DNA of 64,000 bases from Ignavibacteriota bacterium (GTDB taxonomy: Bacteria; Bacteroidota; Ignavibacteria; UBA10030; UBA6906): the NCBI GenBank assembly GCA_963801355.1, contig CAWDEM010000004.1:1376001-1440000 (forward strand), in the 5' to 3' direction. A program made the position numbers and the translations under genes. The notes beneath the pieces were generated by a model. It searched no databases, was not told the origin of the DNA, and was given only the letters and a program-made list of their open reading frames with translations. Shown here piece by piece: positions 19,647 to 31,083 of the stretch (the stretch's first letter is position 1; the number at the start of each line of letters is the position of its first letter).

Positions 19647-20601
19647 GCTCGCAGTATACTCTGTGATCATCGCTGTCGGCCTTGCGGCTGCACTTCCGGG
19701 TTTGGCGGAGGCGCAACTGAAGACAAAGAAGAAGACGGCCAAGGCGGTCCCGTCGCAGGCGCAGTCTGCCTCCCGCGCAGACAGCACTGCGCGCTGGCGG
19801 GCTGACTCCCTGCATGAAGCTTCGCGGGCCCGGGCCGTTGCGGATTCCCTTGCGCGGAAGCGCACCGCAGATTCTCTTGCCGCCCATCAATTGCGCCGCA
19901 TCAACAACGAGGCTTTCGGCGTGGGGGAACGTCTGGTCTTTGACGTGAACTACGGGTACATCACAGCCGGCGAGGCGGTGATGGCAATCCCCAGATTCGA
20001 CACCGTTGAGGGACGAAAGACATTCCGGGTTCAGTTCACCGTGAACTCGCTTCCGAGCTTCTCGTGGATTTACAAAGTGGAAGATCGGTATCTGACGTTC
20101 ATCGATGCGGAGGCGATTGCACCTTTACGTTTCGAACAGCATATCCGCGAGGGATCCTACAGCAGGGATTTCATCGCCGAATTCGACCATATCAAGAAGA
20201 TTGCACGGACCAGCGAAGGCCAGCATCCGATTCCTGCGTACGTGCACGACATTCTCTCCGCGTTCTATTATGTGCGAACTGTCGATCTCACGGCGTACAA
20301 AACCGGCGATATGATGCTGTTGCAGAACTTCTACAAGGATACGAGCTATGAGCTCGGTGTGAAGATCCTGGGAAGGCAGGAACTTGAGGTAGCGGCGGGA
20401 ACCTTCCGCACCATCGTCGTTGAGCCGCTTGTCAAGGAGGGTGGATTATTCAAGAGCGAAGGGAGAATCGTCATCTGGCTGACCGATGACGCCATGAAGA
20501 TGCCGGTCCGTGTGAATACGAAAGTCGTCATCGGCTCGATCGACACAGAACTGCGGGAATATTCCGGCCTGATCGGACCCGTGACGGCACGCGTGCGATG
20601 A
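19639..20601 (+). CDS. DUF3108-like exported protein
   Basis: Signal peptide, AFGVGERLVF, LEVAAGTF, IWLTDD..MPV. Confidence 0.75.
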   Translation: MNKLAVYSVIIAVGLAAALPGLAEAQLKTKKKTAKAVPSQAQSASRADSTARWRADSLHEASRARAVADSLARKRTADSLAAHQLRRINNEAFGVGERLVFDVNYGYITAGEAVMAIPRFDTVEGRKTFRVQFTVNSLPSFSWIYKVEDRYLTFIDAEAIAPLRFEQHIREGSYSRDFIAEFDHIKKIARTSEGQHPIPAYVHDILSAFYYVRTVDLTAYKTGDMMLLQNFYKDTSYELGVKILGRQELEVAAGTFRTIVVEPLVKEGGLFKSEGRIVIWLTDDAMKMPVRVNTKVVIGSIDTELREYSGLIGPVTARVR

Positions 20602-20626
20602 ACAACAGCCCTCGGGGGCCTCTTCT

Positions 20627-21646
20627 ATGAAACCTGTTAAGAAACGACCGCCACCCAGGCCCGGAACCGGCCAGCATCTCACGGCGGTGACTGCAAATCC
20701 GCGCGTGGACCTCGGGAAGGTGCGTACAATCCCCATCCGTACGAGAAAGAGCAAGGTCCATTCCGCCCAGTTCGCCGGCGTCTTCGACGCCCGGCGTGAT
20801 TCATTCAAGGCATTTGCCCGCACGTTCCCGGACATTCTCGCCGCCCGGGATCTCCGGATTGCGGTTGACGACATCCTGCGGGCCCGCCACCGGGGCAAGC
20901 CCGTGATGCTCTTGATGGGCGCACACGTCATCAAGGTCGGACTGGCGCCGGTGCTCATCGACCTCATCAGTTCCGGGATTATCACCTCGGTTGCGATGAA
21001 CGGCGCATCGGCCATCCATGACGCTGAAGCGGCGCTGTGGGGGCGGACATCCGAGGATGTGGCGGAGAATCTGGTCGACGGCACATTCGGCATGGCCCGG
21101 GAGACGGGGGACTTCATCAACGGTACCCTGGCGGCCGCCGTTCATCAAACGTCGCTGGGCTACGGGGAGGCGCTCGGGAGGAAGTTGCTCCAGCTCAGGG
21201 CACCCCATCGCCGCGCCAGTCTCCTGGCGACATGCGCGGCACTCCGCGTGCCTCTTACGGTTCATGCCGCCATCGGTACGGACATCGTGCACCAGCAACC
21301 CACCATGGACGGCGGAGTCACGGGGGAAATGTCGTTCCGGGATTTTCGAACACTGTGCGCGCTCTGCTGCAGACTGACCGGCGGAGGGGTCGTGCTGAAC
21401 GTCGGCAGTGCCGTCATTATGCCGGAGGTCTTCCTGAAAGCGCTGACCGTTGCGCGCAATCTGGGAGCCAGGGCACGCGGGTTCACGACGGCAGTGTTCG
21501 ACATGAATGTGCACTACCGGCCGGTGGTCAACGTCCAGCGGCGCCCCACACAGGACGGAGGAAGGGGTTTCTATTTCACCGGGCATCACGAGATCATGAT
21601 ACCGCTGGTTGCGGCGCTCATCAAAACGAGACTCCGGAATGGATGA
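20627..21646 (+). CDS. Conserved hypothetical protein with deoxyhypusine-synthase-like fold
   Basis: MGAHVIKVG, AIHDAE, FGMARETG, GSAVIMPEVFLKAL, GHHEIMIP. Confidence 0.65.
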   Translation: MKPVKKRPPPRPGTGQHLTAVTANPRVDLGKVRTIPIRTRKSKVHSAQFAGVFDARRDSFKAFARTFPDILAARDLRIAVDDILRARHRGKPVMLLMGAHVIKVGLAPVLIDLISSGIITSVAMNGASAIHDAEAALWGRTSEDVAENLVDGTFGMARETGDFINGTLAAAVHQTSLGYGEALGRKLLQLRAPHRRASLLATCAALRVPLTVHAAIGTDIVHQQPTMDGGVTGEMSFRDFRTLCALCCRLTGGGVVLNVGSAVIMPEVFLKALTVARNLGARARGFTTAVFDMNVHYRPVVNVQRRPTQDGGRGFYFTGHHEIMIPLVAALIKTRLRNG

Positions 21647-22538
21647 CTTCACAGTGACACCGCCGCCGCGGGAGCCGTTTTTCCGGAGAATCTCTCCCGT
21701 TGCGTTCGCTCTCCTGACTCTCCTGATCGTCTTTGTCCTCTATCAGCTGATCGCGGGCGCTGCCACACTCTTGCTCGTCGGCTGGATCCCCACGCAGGAG
21801 ACGGCAGCCTGGATGCGTCTGGCGACGGCCGCCGGACAGATTCTCTGTATCTTTCTTCCGACGGTGCTCCTTGCACGCGCCCGGTACGGCCGCGTCGTTG
21901 AACCGCTCCGTCTGAAGCTTCCCCGGCCACTTGACATCCTCATCGTCGGCATAGCGGTGGTTGCGCTGCAGCAGGTCCTGCAGGGCTACATGATCGCCCA
22001 GGATGCGATTCCGCTCCCGCCGCAGCTGCAACGCTTCGCTGAGATGTTCAAGAACCTGATTGAGCAGACGTATTTGATGCTGGTGACGGCAAAATCTCCA
22101 CTGGAGTTCGTTGGTGTCGTGGTGACGGTTGCCCTGGTGCCGGCAATTGTCGAGGAGCTCCTGTTCCGCGGTCTTGTTCAGCGCGACCTTGAACAGGTGG
22201 CAGGCGGGCTGCGTGCTGCGGTCATCGCGGGGATCATATTCGGTATGTATCATTTGAATCCCTTCAGCATCATCCCCCTTGTCGTTCTTGGTGTGTTCTT
22301 CGGGTTTGTTGTTTACCGGTCACAGAATGTCGTGCTTGCAATGACCGCTCATTTTTTGAACAACTTCATCGCGTGCTGTGTGGTCTACCTCGATCTGGGC
22401 GAGAACTACCTGGTGTTTGCCCCCGGCGGCGGGACAAACGCTACGATGGTGTACTTCAATACATTCGCGTGTGCGGTGGTCTTTGTCGCAGCTACGTACT
22501 ACTTCGTGCGTGCTACTGCACCTGACGAGGCCGCCTGA
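21639..22538 (+). CDS. CPBP (CAAX/Abi) intramembrane glutamic endopeptidase
   Basis: EELLFRG, FGMYH, AHFLNN. Confidence 0.9.
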   Translation: MDDFTVTPPPREPFFRRISPVAFALLTLLIVFVLYQLIAGAATLLLVGWIPTQETAAWMRLATAAGQILCIFLPTVLLARARYGRVVEPLRLKLPRPLDILIVGIAVVALQQVLQGYMIAQDAIPLPPQLQRFAEMFKNLIEQTYLMLVTAKSPLEFVGVVVTVALVPAIVEELLFRGLVQRDLEQVAGGLRAAVIAGIIFGMYHLNPFSIIPLVVLGVFFGFVVYRSQNVVLAMTAHFLNNFIACCVVYLDLGENYLVFAPGGGTNATMVYFNTFACAVVFVAATYYFVRATAPDEAA

Positions 22539-22549
22539 ACGGCGCACCT

Positions 22550-23500
22550 ATGCCCATCAGCAATCTGACAATAAGAACACTGGTTGCACTTGTCGGCATC
22601 CCACTGATCGTCTTCATGACCCTGTGGGGGGGGTATCTCTTTTTCTTCTTCATTGCCGTGATTGCAGCGGTCGGACTCCTCGAACTGTACGGGCTGGCCC
22701 GCGCCAGGGGGACCTCACCTCAGACTGCCACGGGCCTGCTGTTCGGCCTTTGCCTGCTCGCGGTGTTCATGTACGACAAGCTTCACGTTGTGATGATCGG
22801 GGGATTCACTTCCATGGGCATGGCAGTGCCTTTCCCGTCGATGTCGCAGCAATTTCTCATCTCCGTGCTGATATTCCTTCCGGTGATCCTCGGCGTGGAG
22901 CTCTTCCGCAACAAACCCGGCGCGCTGGCGAACATCGCCACGACCCTTTTCGGCAGTCTCTATGTGGCGTTATCGCTTGGATCCCTGATCGGGATCCGGG
23001 AACTGTTCGTGCCGGCTGATTTCCCGGTGTACGCCCACTTCGCGGTGACCGGGGCCTCGATCCCGGATGCAATCGTGGCCGAGATCTATCGGTGGGGAGG
23101 GTACTCCGTCCTCGCTGTCTTCGCCGCGATCTGGGCATGCGATTCCGCGGCGTTCTTTGCCGGCCGGGCATTCGGGCGCCACAAGCTCTTCCCCCGTGTG
23201 AGCCCGAACAAGACCTGGGAAGGTGCCGTTGCAGGGTTCATAGCTGCGATCCTTGTGTTCCTGCTGTCCCGGCAACTGCTCCTTCCGTATCTTGCTGTCC
23301 GCGACGCGCTGGTGTGTGGCGGGATCATCGGCATCTTCGGACAGATCGGGGATCTCGCCGAATCACTCTTGAAACGGGATGCGGGGGTCAAGGACTCCTC
23401 GACGCTCATTCCCGGTCACGGAGGCGTGTTGGATCGCTTCGACAGCATTCTGTTTGTTGCTCCACTGCTGTTTGTCTATCTTGACTTCATTGTCTTCTGA
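22550..23500 (+). CDS. cdsA: Phosphatidate cytidylyltransferase
   Basis: SPNKTWEG, GDLAESLLKRDAGVKDS, PGHGGVLDRFDS. Confidence 0.95.
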   Translation: MPISNLTIRTLVALVGIPLIVFMTLWGGYLFFFFIAVIAAVGLLELYGLARARGTSPQTATGLLFGLCLLAVFMYDKLHVVMIGGFTSMGMAVPFPSMSQQFLISVLIFLPVILGVELFRNKPGALANIATTLFGSLYVALSLGSLIGIRELFVPADFPVYAHFAVTGASIPDAIVAEIYRWGGYSVLAVFAAIWACDSAAFFAGRAFGRHKLFPRVSPNKTWEGAVAGFIAAILVFLLSRQLLLPYLAVRDALVCGGIIGIFGQIGDLAESLLKRDAGVKDSSTLIPGHGGVLDRFDSILFVAPLLFVYLDFIVF

Positions 23501-23507
23501 GGTGCAC

Positions 23508-24821
23508 ATGGCGGGGACGAAGGGAACGAGGGGCAGGAAGCCGCGTGTGCACATCATCACGATGGGCTGCGCCAAGAATACCGTGGACTCCGAAAAACTC
23601 ATGGCGCAGTTGCGGCTGAACAACATTCCTCTCGCCGACGACATCACCGATGCCGATATCGCGGTCGTGAACACGTGCGGTTTCATTGACGCGGCGAAGG
23701 CGGAATCGCTCGAGATGATCATTGCGACAGCGGGGCACAAGCGTGAGGGCCGCCTGCGCCGGGTCTACGCCATGGGTTGCCTTGCTGAACGCTATCGCAT
23801 CGACCTGGAGAAGGACATCCCGGAGGTGGACAGGTTTTTCGGCACGCACCAGCTTGCTGACGTGCTCGAAGAGCTTGGCGGGCATCTGAAAAAGGAGCTG
23901 CTGGGAGAGCGTGTGCTCACGACCCCGGGGCACACCGCATACCTGAAGATCTCGGAAGGGTGCGACCATCCATGTTCTTTCTGTGCGATCCCCCTGATGC
24001 GGGGGAGACATCTCAGCAGGCCGTTAGGCGACGTGCTCGAAGAAGCCCGGGGCCTGGCGCGGAGCGGCGTGCGCGAGCTGGTGGTGATTGCGCAAGATAC
24101 CACGGCGTACGGTGTCGACCGCGACGGAAGGCGTCGTCTTCCGGAGCTTCTCGATCGGCTAGCCGACGTTGAAGGGATCGGGTGGGTGCGGTTGATGTAC
24201 GCGTACCCGGCCCACTTCCCTCTTGAGCTGCTCGAAGTCATGGCCAGACACCCACGGATCTGCAAGTACATTGATATTCCTGTGCAGCATGCCTCCGAGC
24301 GCGTGTTGAGATCCATGGCGAGGGGTATGTCGGCGCGGGCACTCCGGGAGCTTATCGGCACTATCCGCGACCGCGTTCCCGGCATCGCTCTCCGGACAAC
24401 ACTCATCGTGGGGTACCCGGACGAGGGGGAGGCAGAGTTTGAGGAGTTGCGGTCATTCGTCGAAGAGCAGCGATTTGAACGCCTGGGCGTCTTTACCTAC
24501 TCATCGGAGGAAGGAACGGCGGCTTTCCCCCTGGGAGATCCGGTTTCGGTGGAGGAGAAAGAGCGTCGCCGCGGCGTGATCATGGAACTCCAGCAGGATA
24601 TTTCCGAGGCACGGAACGCAGCGCTGGTGGGCACGCGCCAACGGGTCCTGGTCGACCGGGCGGAACAGGGCCGATTCACCGGCCGGACGCAGCATGACGC
24701 CCCCGAAATCGACAACGAAGTGCATCTTGTCAGCGATTTTCCCCTTCAGGTAGGGACCTTTTATGATGCGGAAATCGTTGAATCTTATGAATATGATCTT
24801 ATGGGAAAGGTGTTACCATGA
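23508..24821 (+). CDS. rimO: Ribosomal protein S12 methylthiotransferase
   Basis: MGCAKNTVDSE, NTCGFI, EGCDHPCSFCAIP, YAYP, DAPEID. Confidence 0.95.
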   Translation: MAGTKGTRGRKPRVHIITMGCAKNTVDSEKLMAQLRLNNIPLADDITDADIAVVNTCGFIDAAKAESLEMIIATAGHKREGRLRRVYAMGCLAERYRIDLEKDIPEVDRFFGTHQLADVLEELGGHLKKELLGERVLTTPGHTAYLKISEGCDHPCSFCAIPLMRGRHLSRPLGDVLEEARGLARSGVRELVVIAQDTTAYGVDRDGRRRLPELLDRLADVEGIGWVRLMYAYPAHFPLELLEVMARHPRICKYIDIPVQHASERVLRSMARGMSARALRELIGTIRDRVPGIALRTTLIVGYPDEGEAEFEELRSFVEEQRFERLGVFTYSSEEGTAAFPLGDPVSVEEKERRRGVIMELQQDISEARNAALVGTRQRVLVDRAEQGRFTGRTQHDAPEIDNEVHLVSDFPLQVGTFYDAEIVESYEYDLMGKVLP

Positions 24822-26131
24822 ACCGGTTCAGCAGATCTCTTCTTGCAGGACTCCTGCTGTTTTCCGGGGGGCTGGTGTCCGCAGTCGCTCAGGTGGAAGT
24901 CAGCGGGGTGACGCCTGATCGGGGAGCCCCCTCAATATTCTTAGACGCAGTCAGTTTTGCCGCTCAGAACGGTCCCGACAGCCGCCTGGATGTCTTCGTC
25001 CAGGTGGGGTACGAGAACCTGAGTTTCGTGAAACAAGGCGAACTGTATGCTGCAGCCTATGAAATGACCCTCTCGCTATTTGACTCCTCGAAAGTCCTCC
25101 TGAATGAAAAACTCTGGACGGAAAACGTGACAGGGGTCCCGTTTGAACGGTCGGCTTCGCCCAGTGCCTTCAGTTTCACCCAGCGGAGTTTTCAGGTGCC
25201 GCACGGCCGGTACGCCCTTCGGGTCGTTGTACGGGACAAGGAAAGCGGTTCATCGTACACGCTCTCGGAGCAGGTCACGGTGCCCGACTTTGCCGGGGGA
25301 GATTTCCTGTTGAGCGACATTCTGGTGCTGAGTCGTGTCAGCACCACGGGAGAGAAGCGATCGATCGTGCCGAATATACCCGCGAACGTCGGCGCAATAC
25401 CCGATGCCTTTTCGGTCTATCTGGAGGCCTACAACACACGCGGGTTGGACTCTGTGCGGTTCACCATGGATATCAGTGCCCTCAAATCGGACAAAAAATT
25501 GTCCGCGGACACCGTTGCAGCCCTCAAACCGGGGCGCGGCGAATACATTCTCAGGGTGCCGCATGGGACGCTGCCTCTCGGTGACTACAAGCTGACGATA
25601 TCCGCACGTTTGCCCGGTGCACCGATGGAGGGAGACGTGAACGTCCTCGCACGTTCCAGCAGGTCCATCAGTGCCCGCTGGTATGGATTACCGCGGTCAG
25701 TGCAAGATCTCGACCTGGCAATTGATCAGCTCAAATATATTGCGAAAGACGATGATCTCTCCCCGATGCAGGATGCCACGACCGCCGATGCGAAAATGGC
25801 CGCGTTCCTGGAGTTCTGGAAGAAACGCGATCCCAATCCCAATACTCCGCGCAATGAGAAAATGGAAGAGTATTATGCCCGCGTGGATTACGCAAACAAG
25901 CATTTCAGTCATTATATTGCCGGATGGCGCACTGACATGGGAATGGTCTATATCATGTTCGGCGCTCCCAACAATGTCGATAGACACCCGTTCGATGTGG
26001 ATTCAAAGCCGTATGAAATCTGGGCATACTACGAACTGAACTATTCATTTGTATTCGTCGATCAGACGGGCTTTGGCGACTACCGGCTTGATACACCAGT
26101 CTGGGAAGTGTGGAATCGGGTGCGCAACTGA
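24818..26131 (+). CDS. GWxTD domain-containing exported protein
   Basis: FWKKRDP, YYARVDYAN, GWRTDMGMVYIMFGAP; signal peptide. Confidence 0.88.
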   Translation: MNRFSRSLLAGLLLFSGGLVSAVAQVEVSGVTPDRGAPSIFLDAVSFAAQNGPDSRLDVFVQVGYENLSFVKQGELYAAAYEMTLSLFDSSKVLLNEKLWTENVTGVPFERSASPSAFSFTQRSFQVPHGRYALRVVVRDKESGSSYTLSEQVTVPDFAGGDFLLSDILVLSRVSTTGEKRSIVPNIPANVGAIPDAFSVYLEAYNTRGLDSVRFTMDISALKSDKKLSADTVAALKPGRGEYILRVPHGTLPLGDYKLTISARLPGAPMEGDVNVLARSSRSISARWYGLPRSVQDLDLAIDQLKYIAKDDDLSPMQDATTADAKMAAFLEFWKKRDPNPNTPRNEKMEEYYARVDYANKHFSHYIAGWRTDMGMVYIMFGAPNNVDRHPFDVDSKPYEIWAYYELNYSFVFVDQTGFGDYRLDTPVWEVWNRVRN

Positions 26132-26132
26132 C

Positions 26133-27917
26133 GTGCGTCTCCTTGCGTGCACGGCTACCCGTTTCGCCGGACGGTTGGCTGCGCTGCTGCTCGTCGCGAC
26201 GCTGATCATATACCCTCACCGGCTCCCGGCGATGTCCTCTCCCGTGGTGGGAGATGTGACCATCGAGGGAGCTACCGCGTTTACCCCCCGGGAAATCCTC
26301 GCCTGGACAACGCTGCGCTACGGCGCGCCGTATTCCTCTGCGGCCCTGCGCAACGATGTACAGCTCATTGTCGAACGGTTCCGTATCGAAGGTTACCTCA
26401 ATGTCTCTGTGGGTGTGAAGGAGCACTTCACACCGGACAGTTCCACCGTGGACCTCATCTTCCTGATCAAGGAACACCGGAGAATCCTACTGGGAACAGT
26501 GGAATTCCACGGGAACTCCACGATTCCTTCAGAGGATTTGCACGGTCTGCTGGATTCGCGCACGGGTTCGCCCCTGGACCAGGGACTTCTGGAGTCCGAT
26601 GTCGCCGCAATTCTGGCGCGTTATGAACGACAGGGGTATCCGATGGCCCGCTGTACGATCGATTCGCTCGCGGTGATCAGCGGTGCGACAACCGATACGC
26701 TTTCCCTGGCGGTCATGGTCGACGAGGGACCGCGAGTGAGCATTCAGGAGGTGCGCGTTGAAGGCAACCGCGAGACCGCGGCCGGAGTGATACTTCGCGA
26801 GTCGCGCATACGGATGGGCGAACTCTATGATCCGGATCGCATGCAAGCCGTCCGCCAACGTCTCCTCCGGCTGAACATCTTCTCCTCAGTGTCCGAACCT
26901 GAGCTCTACCTCCGGCGGGATGCCGGAGGGGTGCTTCTCCGGGTGCAGGAGGGGAGCACAAATACCTTCGATGGCGTTGCGGGGTACATGCCCGGTACCG
27001 GGTCTGACGACGGGGGATATTTCACCGGTATGGCCGCGTTTTCCATGCGGAATCTCTTCGGTACCGCCCGGAAATTGAATTTCCGGTGGCAGAAGGAAGA
27101 CAGGCATTCGCAGCAGCTGGGCATCGGGTATCTGGAACCGTGGGTACTGGGTATGCCTTTGAACGCGGGCCTTGAATTCCAGCAACGGCGGCAGGACACA
27201 AGCTACGTCAAGCAGGGAGGGAATCTGCGGGCGGAATGGATGCTCTCCGAAGAGCTGGCGGTGAGCATGATCGGCAGTACAGAAAGCGTTATTCCCTCCG
27301 CGGACAGCGCGAGCGCGCGCGTGCCCCGGAGTTCCACGATGGGTGTGGGAGTGGAGGTGATGTACGATACACGTGACGACATCTACAGTCCAGCGAGCGG
27401 GGTCCGCTACCGCGCAGACTACAATTACGGGCGGAAGACGGTGACGACACCCGGGGGGGGTGAAACGGTGTCGGGGGGGGTGCAGCGATTCACGGTGGAT
27501 CTGGACTCCTATCTCTCGCTCTTTTCGCGGCAGGTCGTTGCGCTCGGCATTCATGGCCGGCAGGTGCAGGGGGCCACAGTTGATGAGAGTGAGCTCTACC
27601 GATTCGGGGGCACGAATAGTCTGCGCGGATCACGCGAGCTGCAGTTCGCCGGCACGCGGGTTGGCTGGGTGAATGCGGAGTACCGCTTGCTCCTTGCCCG
27701 CCGGTCATTCCTGTACACGTTTTTCGATGCGGGGTACTACTTCCGTCCTGCAGCCACCCGGCAGGGAATTGCACCCGGACAAGCATTCCAATTCGGTTAC
27801 GGCATCGGTCTCCGGTTTGATTCGCCGGTCGGGAATCTGGGTGTCAGCTTCGCGCTTGGCAGGGGTGATTCATTCGCCCAGGGGAAGATACACGTCGGGA
27901 TACTCAATGAATTCTGA
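26133..27917 (+). CDS. Omp85 (BamA/TamA-like) outer membrane protein with POTRA domains; start uncertain
   Basis: POTRA-like segments, [27 protein letters not shown]-terminal Phe. Confidence 0.85.
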   Translation: MRLLACTATRFAGRLAALLLVATLIIYPHRLPAMSSPVVGDVTIEGATAFTPREILAWTTLRYGAPYSSAALRNDVQLIVERFRIEGYLNVSVGVKEHFTPDSSTVDLIFLIKEHRRILLGTVEFHGNSTIPSEDLHGLLDSRTGSPLDQGLLESDVAAILARYERQGYPMARCTIDSLAVISGATTDTLSLAVMVDEGPRVSIQEVRVEGNRETAAGVILRESRIRMGELYDPDRMQAVRQRLLRLNIFSSVSEPELYLRRDAGGVLLRVQEGSTNTFDGVAGYMPGTGSDDGGYFTGMAAFSMRNLFGTARKLNFRWQKEDRHSQQLGIGYLEPWVLGMPLNAGLEFQQRRQDTSYVKQGGNLRAEWMLSEELAVSMIGSTESVIPSADSASARVPRSSTMGVGVEVMYDTRDDIYSPASGVRYRADYNYGRKTVTTPGGGETVSGGVQRFTVDLDSYLSLFSRQVVALGIHGRQVQGATVDESELYRFGGTNSLRGSRELQFAGTRVGWVNAEYRLLLARRSFLYTFFDAGYYFRPAATRQGIAPGQAFQFGYGIGLRFDSPVGNLGVSFALGRGDSFAQGKIHVGILNEF

Positions 27918-28545
27918 AGCTCCTCTCGGTTTCGAGCAACTCCTCTGGGGTCGGGGAGTGCAGCACGTTGCGGGCATCGATGAAGCCGGCCGCGGGCCGC
28001 TCGCCGGGCCGGTCGTTGCGGCGGCCGTCATCTTCCCGGCGGGTTGTGTCGTCGAGGGGGTAGATGACTCGAAACGGCTTTCGCCGGCAAGGCGGGAGGA
28101 AGCATTCTCGCGTATTTGCCGGCACGCGCTTGCGGTCGGCATCGGCATCGTCGATCACCGGGTGATTGACGAGATCAACATCTTGCAGGCGACATTGAGA
28201 GCGATGCACATCGCGGTTGACGGGCTGAACCCGCGGCCCTCTCATCTCCTGGTCGACGGCAACCGTTACGCAGGCGGCGACATTCCATTCACGACCATCG
28301 TCGATGGGGATGCACGGTGCCACGCCATCGCTGCGGCATCGATCATTGCAAAAGTCACCCGCGATCGGATCATGGTGGAGCAGGATGTGTTGTACCCGGC
28401 GTACGGATTCGCCCGCCACAAAGGCTATGGCACCGCGCAACACCGGATGGCGATCGAACAGTACGGCCTGTGTCCCATTCACCGCCGCAGCTTCTGCCAC
28501 CTGCACGGAGAGCATAACGATGAGCGTACTTGGCAACTTCGGTGA
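27907..28545 (+). CDS. rnhB: Ribonuclease HII
   Basis: [36 protein letters not shown]. Confidence 0.96.
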   Translation: MNSEAPLGFEQLLWGRGVQHVAGIDEAGRGPLAGPVVAAAVIFPAGCVVEGVDDSKRLSPARREEAFSRICRHALAVGIGIVDHRVIDEINILQATLRAMHIAVDGLNPRPSHLLVDGNRYAGGDIPFTTIVDGDARCHAIAAASIIAKVTRDRIMVEQDVLYPAYGFARHKGYGTAQHRMAIEQYGLCPIHRRSFCHLHGEHNDERTWQLR

Positions 28546-28867
28546 GGAGCTTGCGCGAGAGTACCTTGAAGAACTGGGCATGCGCATTCTTGAGACCAAC
28601 TACCGGTTCCATCATGCGGAGGTGGACATCATCGCTGAGGAAGGCGACCTCCTGGTGTTTTGTGAAGTCAAGACGAGAAGTGACGATCACTTCGGCACTC
28701 CGGAACAGGCGATCACCTCGATGAAAGCCCGCCGGATCCGGAAGGTGGCCTGCGCGTACCTTGCGGCGCAGCGGATTCGCGACCGCCAGTGCAGGTTCGA
28801 TGTCATCGGGATCGTAACACACCGCGGCGTGGCGCGCCTGAACCACCTGCGAAACGCCTTCTGGTAA
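28520..28867 (+). CDS. yraN: YraN (UPF0102) nuclease-like protein
   Basis: GEELA, EVDII, FCEVKTR, CRFDVI. Confidence 0.92.
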   Translation: MSVLGNFGEELAREYLEELGMRILETNYRFHHAEVDIIAEEGDLLVFCEVKTRSDDHFGTPEQAITSMKARRIRKVACAYLAAQRIRDRQCRFDVIGIVTHRGVARLNHLRNAFW

Positions 28868-28960
28868 TGCTTGCAGTTCCCGTCTTTTTCTGCAATATTT
28901 CAACGGCGTTGATGAACCTGCACGGACCGGATTTTCCATCCCAGTCGAAGGAATCTTCAG

Positions 28961-30808
28961 ATGCATGCTCTCCCGTTGATACTCATCGCTCTCTGCGTCA
29001 TGAGTATTGCCTACCGGTACTACAGCGCATTCATTGCAGCGAAGTTGTTGGTCCTGGATAACTCACGGGTCACTCCCGCCCACCGCTTTCATGACGGGCA
29101 GAATTACCAGGCGACGAATAAATGGGTGCTCTTCGGCCACCACTTTGCCGCCATTTCGGGAGCCGGTCCGCTCATCGGTCCGGTCCTCGCCGCCCAATTC
29201 GGGTTTCTCCCGGGCTTCCTCTGGCTTGTCGCCGGCGTTGTGATCGCCGGCAGCGTGCATGACTTCACCGTCCTTGTCGCTTCCACCCGCCACGACGGCA
29301 AATCACTCGCCGAGATCGCCCGGAATGAGATCAGCCCCCTTGCCGGTCTCATAGGTTCGATAACGATACTCATTATCCTTGTCATCGCGCTTGCGGGTTT
29401 GGGACTGGCGGTGGTCAACGCCCTGAGCGAAAGCTCATGGGGAACGTTCACGATTGCCATGACCATTCCCATCGCATTGTTCATCGGACTCTGGATGTAC
29501 CGCATCCGTCCCGGGAGAATCGCCGAAGCCAGCATCATCGGTGTGACTGCCGTTGTGGCCTGTGTGGTGCTCGGGAGCTATGTTCCGGGCTCGTTTCTCG
29601 CGCCCTACTTCACCCTCTCCCGGAACGGGATTGTCATCGCCCTCATCGTGTATGGATTTTTTGCCTCGGTCTTGCCTGTCTGGCTGCTCCTCGTGCCGCG
29701 CGATTATCTGAGCTCGTACATGAAAATCGGCACCATTGCCGCCCTCGTGGTCGGCGTGATAGTCGTGAACCCTGTGCTGCAGATGCCCGCGATGACGCCC
29801 TTCGCCGATGGAGGAGGGCCGATCATCGGAGGCAAGCTCTTTCCCTTCCTTTTTGTCACTATTGCCTGCGGCGCGATTTCCGGGTTTCACGCCCTCATTG
29901 CGTCCGGAACTACACCGAAGCTGTTGAACAAAGAGACCGATGCGCGCTTCATCGGCTACGGGGCGATGCTGATGGAGGGATTGGTAGGCATCGTCGCCCT
30001 CATCGCCGCCTGTTCGCTGCACCCCGCAGACTACTTTGCCATCAACCTTCCCGCCGAAAAGTTCGCGCTGCTCGGTATGGTTCCTGTGAATCTTGACATG
30101 CTGTCACGCGAAGTGGGGGAGACGGTGGCCGGCCGGACAGGCGGGGCCGTGTCGCTGGCTGTGGGGTTTGCCCAGATCTTTACCGGCCTGCCGGGCCTGG
30201 CGAAGTTGATGTCATTCTGGTACCACTTCGCCATCATGTTCGAAGCCCTGTTCATTCTTACGACGATCGACGCGGGTACGCGTGTGATGCGCTTTATGGT
30301 GCAGGAGTTTTCCGGCCGGCTCTGGACGCCGATGGAACGCACCAACTGGCTTCCCGGCAATATCATTGCCACGTCAATCGTCGTTGCATCATGGGGGTAC
30401 TTCCTCTGGACGGGAAACATCAGCACCATCTGGCCGATGTTTGGCACCGCCAACCAGCTTCTCGCCGCGGTGGCTCTCTCCGTGACCACGAGCGTGCTGA
30501 TCAACTCACGCAAACAGCGCTATGCGTGGGTGACAATGATCCCGATGGTTTTTGTGGCCGTCACCACGCTGACAGCCGCGGTGCTGAATATCACAGACAC
30601 CTACTGGCCGATGACGGGGAATCCCGCCACGGCAGTGCAGGGGTACGTGAATTGCGCCTTTACCATCGCCATGATTGTTTGTGCGGTTGTGGTGCTGGTC
30701 GAAGCGGGGAGGAGGTGGTACGCGGCGATCGTGTTGGGGCAGTACGAAGTGAAAGTGCAACCCCGTGCGCATTCACATTCCGATCCGCCCATCGTGGGAT
30801 GCTGCTGA
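28961..30808 (+). CDS. cstA: Carbon starvation protein A family transporter
   Basis: [42 protein letters not shown]; ends in GCC. Confidence 0.93.
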   Translation: MHALPLILIALCVMSIAYRYYSAFIAAKLLVLDNSRVTPAHRFHDGQNYQATNKWVLFGHHFAAISGAGPLIGPVLAAQFGFLPGFLWLVAGVVIAGSVHDFTVLVASTRHDGKSLAEIARNEISPLAGLIGSITILIILVIALAGLGLAVVNALSESSWGTFTIAMTIPIALFIGLWMYRIRPGRIAEASIIGVTAVVACVVLGSYVPGSFLAPYFTLSRNGIVIALIVYGFFASVLPVWLLLVPRDYLSSYMKIGTIAALVVGVIVVNPVLQMPAMTPFADGGGPIIGGKLFPFLFVTIACGAISGFHALIASGTTPKLLNKETDARFIGYGAMLMEGLVGIVALIAACSLHPADYFAINLPAEKFALLGMVPVNLDMLSREVGETVAGRTGGAVSLAVGFAQIFTGLPGLAKLMSFWYHFAIMFEALFILTTIDAGTRVMRFMVQEFSGRLWTPMERTNWLPGNIIATSIVVASWGYFLWTGNISTIWPMFGTANQLLAAVALSVTTSVLINSRKQRYAWVTMIPMVFVAVTTLTAAVLNITDTYWPMTGNPATAVQGYVNCAFTIAMIVCAVVVLVEAGRRWYAAIVLGQYEVKVQPRAHSHSDPPIVGCC

Positions 30809-31083
30809 TTGTGCGCCCCGGCGTTTCTCCTGCCGGGGATGCTGCACATGATGTCAGGGGTGAAAGCGTTTGCGGGGGTTTCCCGGATGCCCGATCGTGC
30901 GCGTTGCTGCAAGGCAATGCGCATTTTTGTTGTTGTACCGCTTCACCAGCACGCAATATACCGCCTGCTCGCGTCTGCACGCTCCCGAGGCATCGTTGGG
31001 AGCAAATGCCGCATGTTCACATGTGTAATCGCAGAATGCGGGATGCTGAGGTGTGTGATGTCGGGGCATGGCCATTCAGCATG

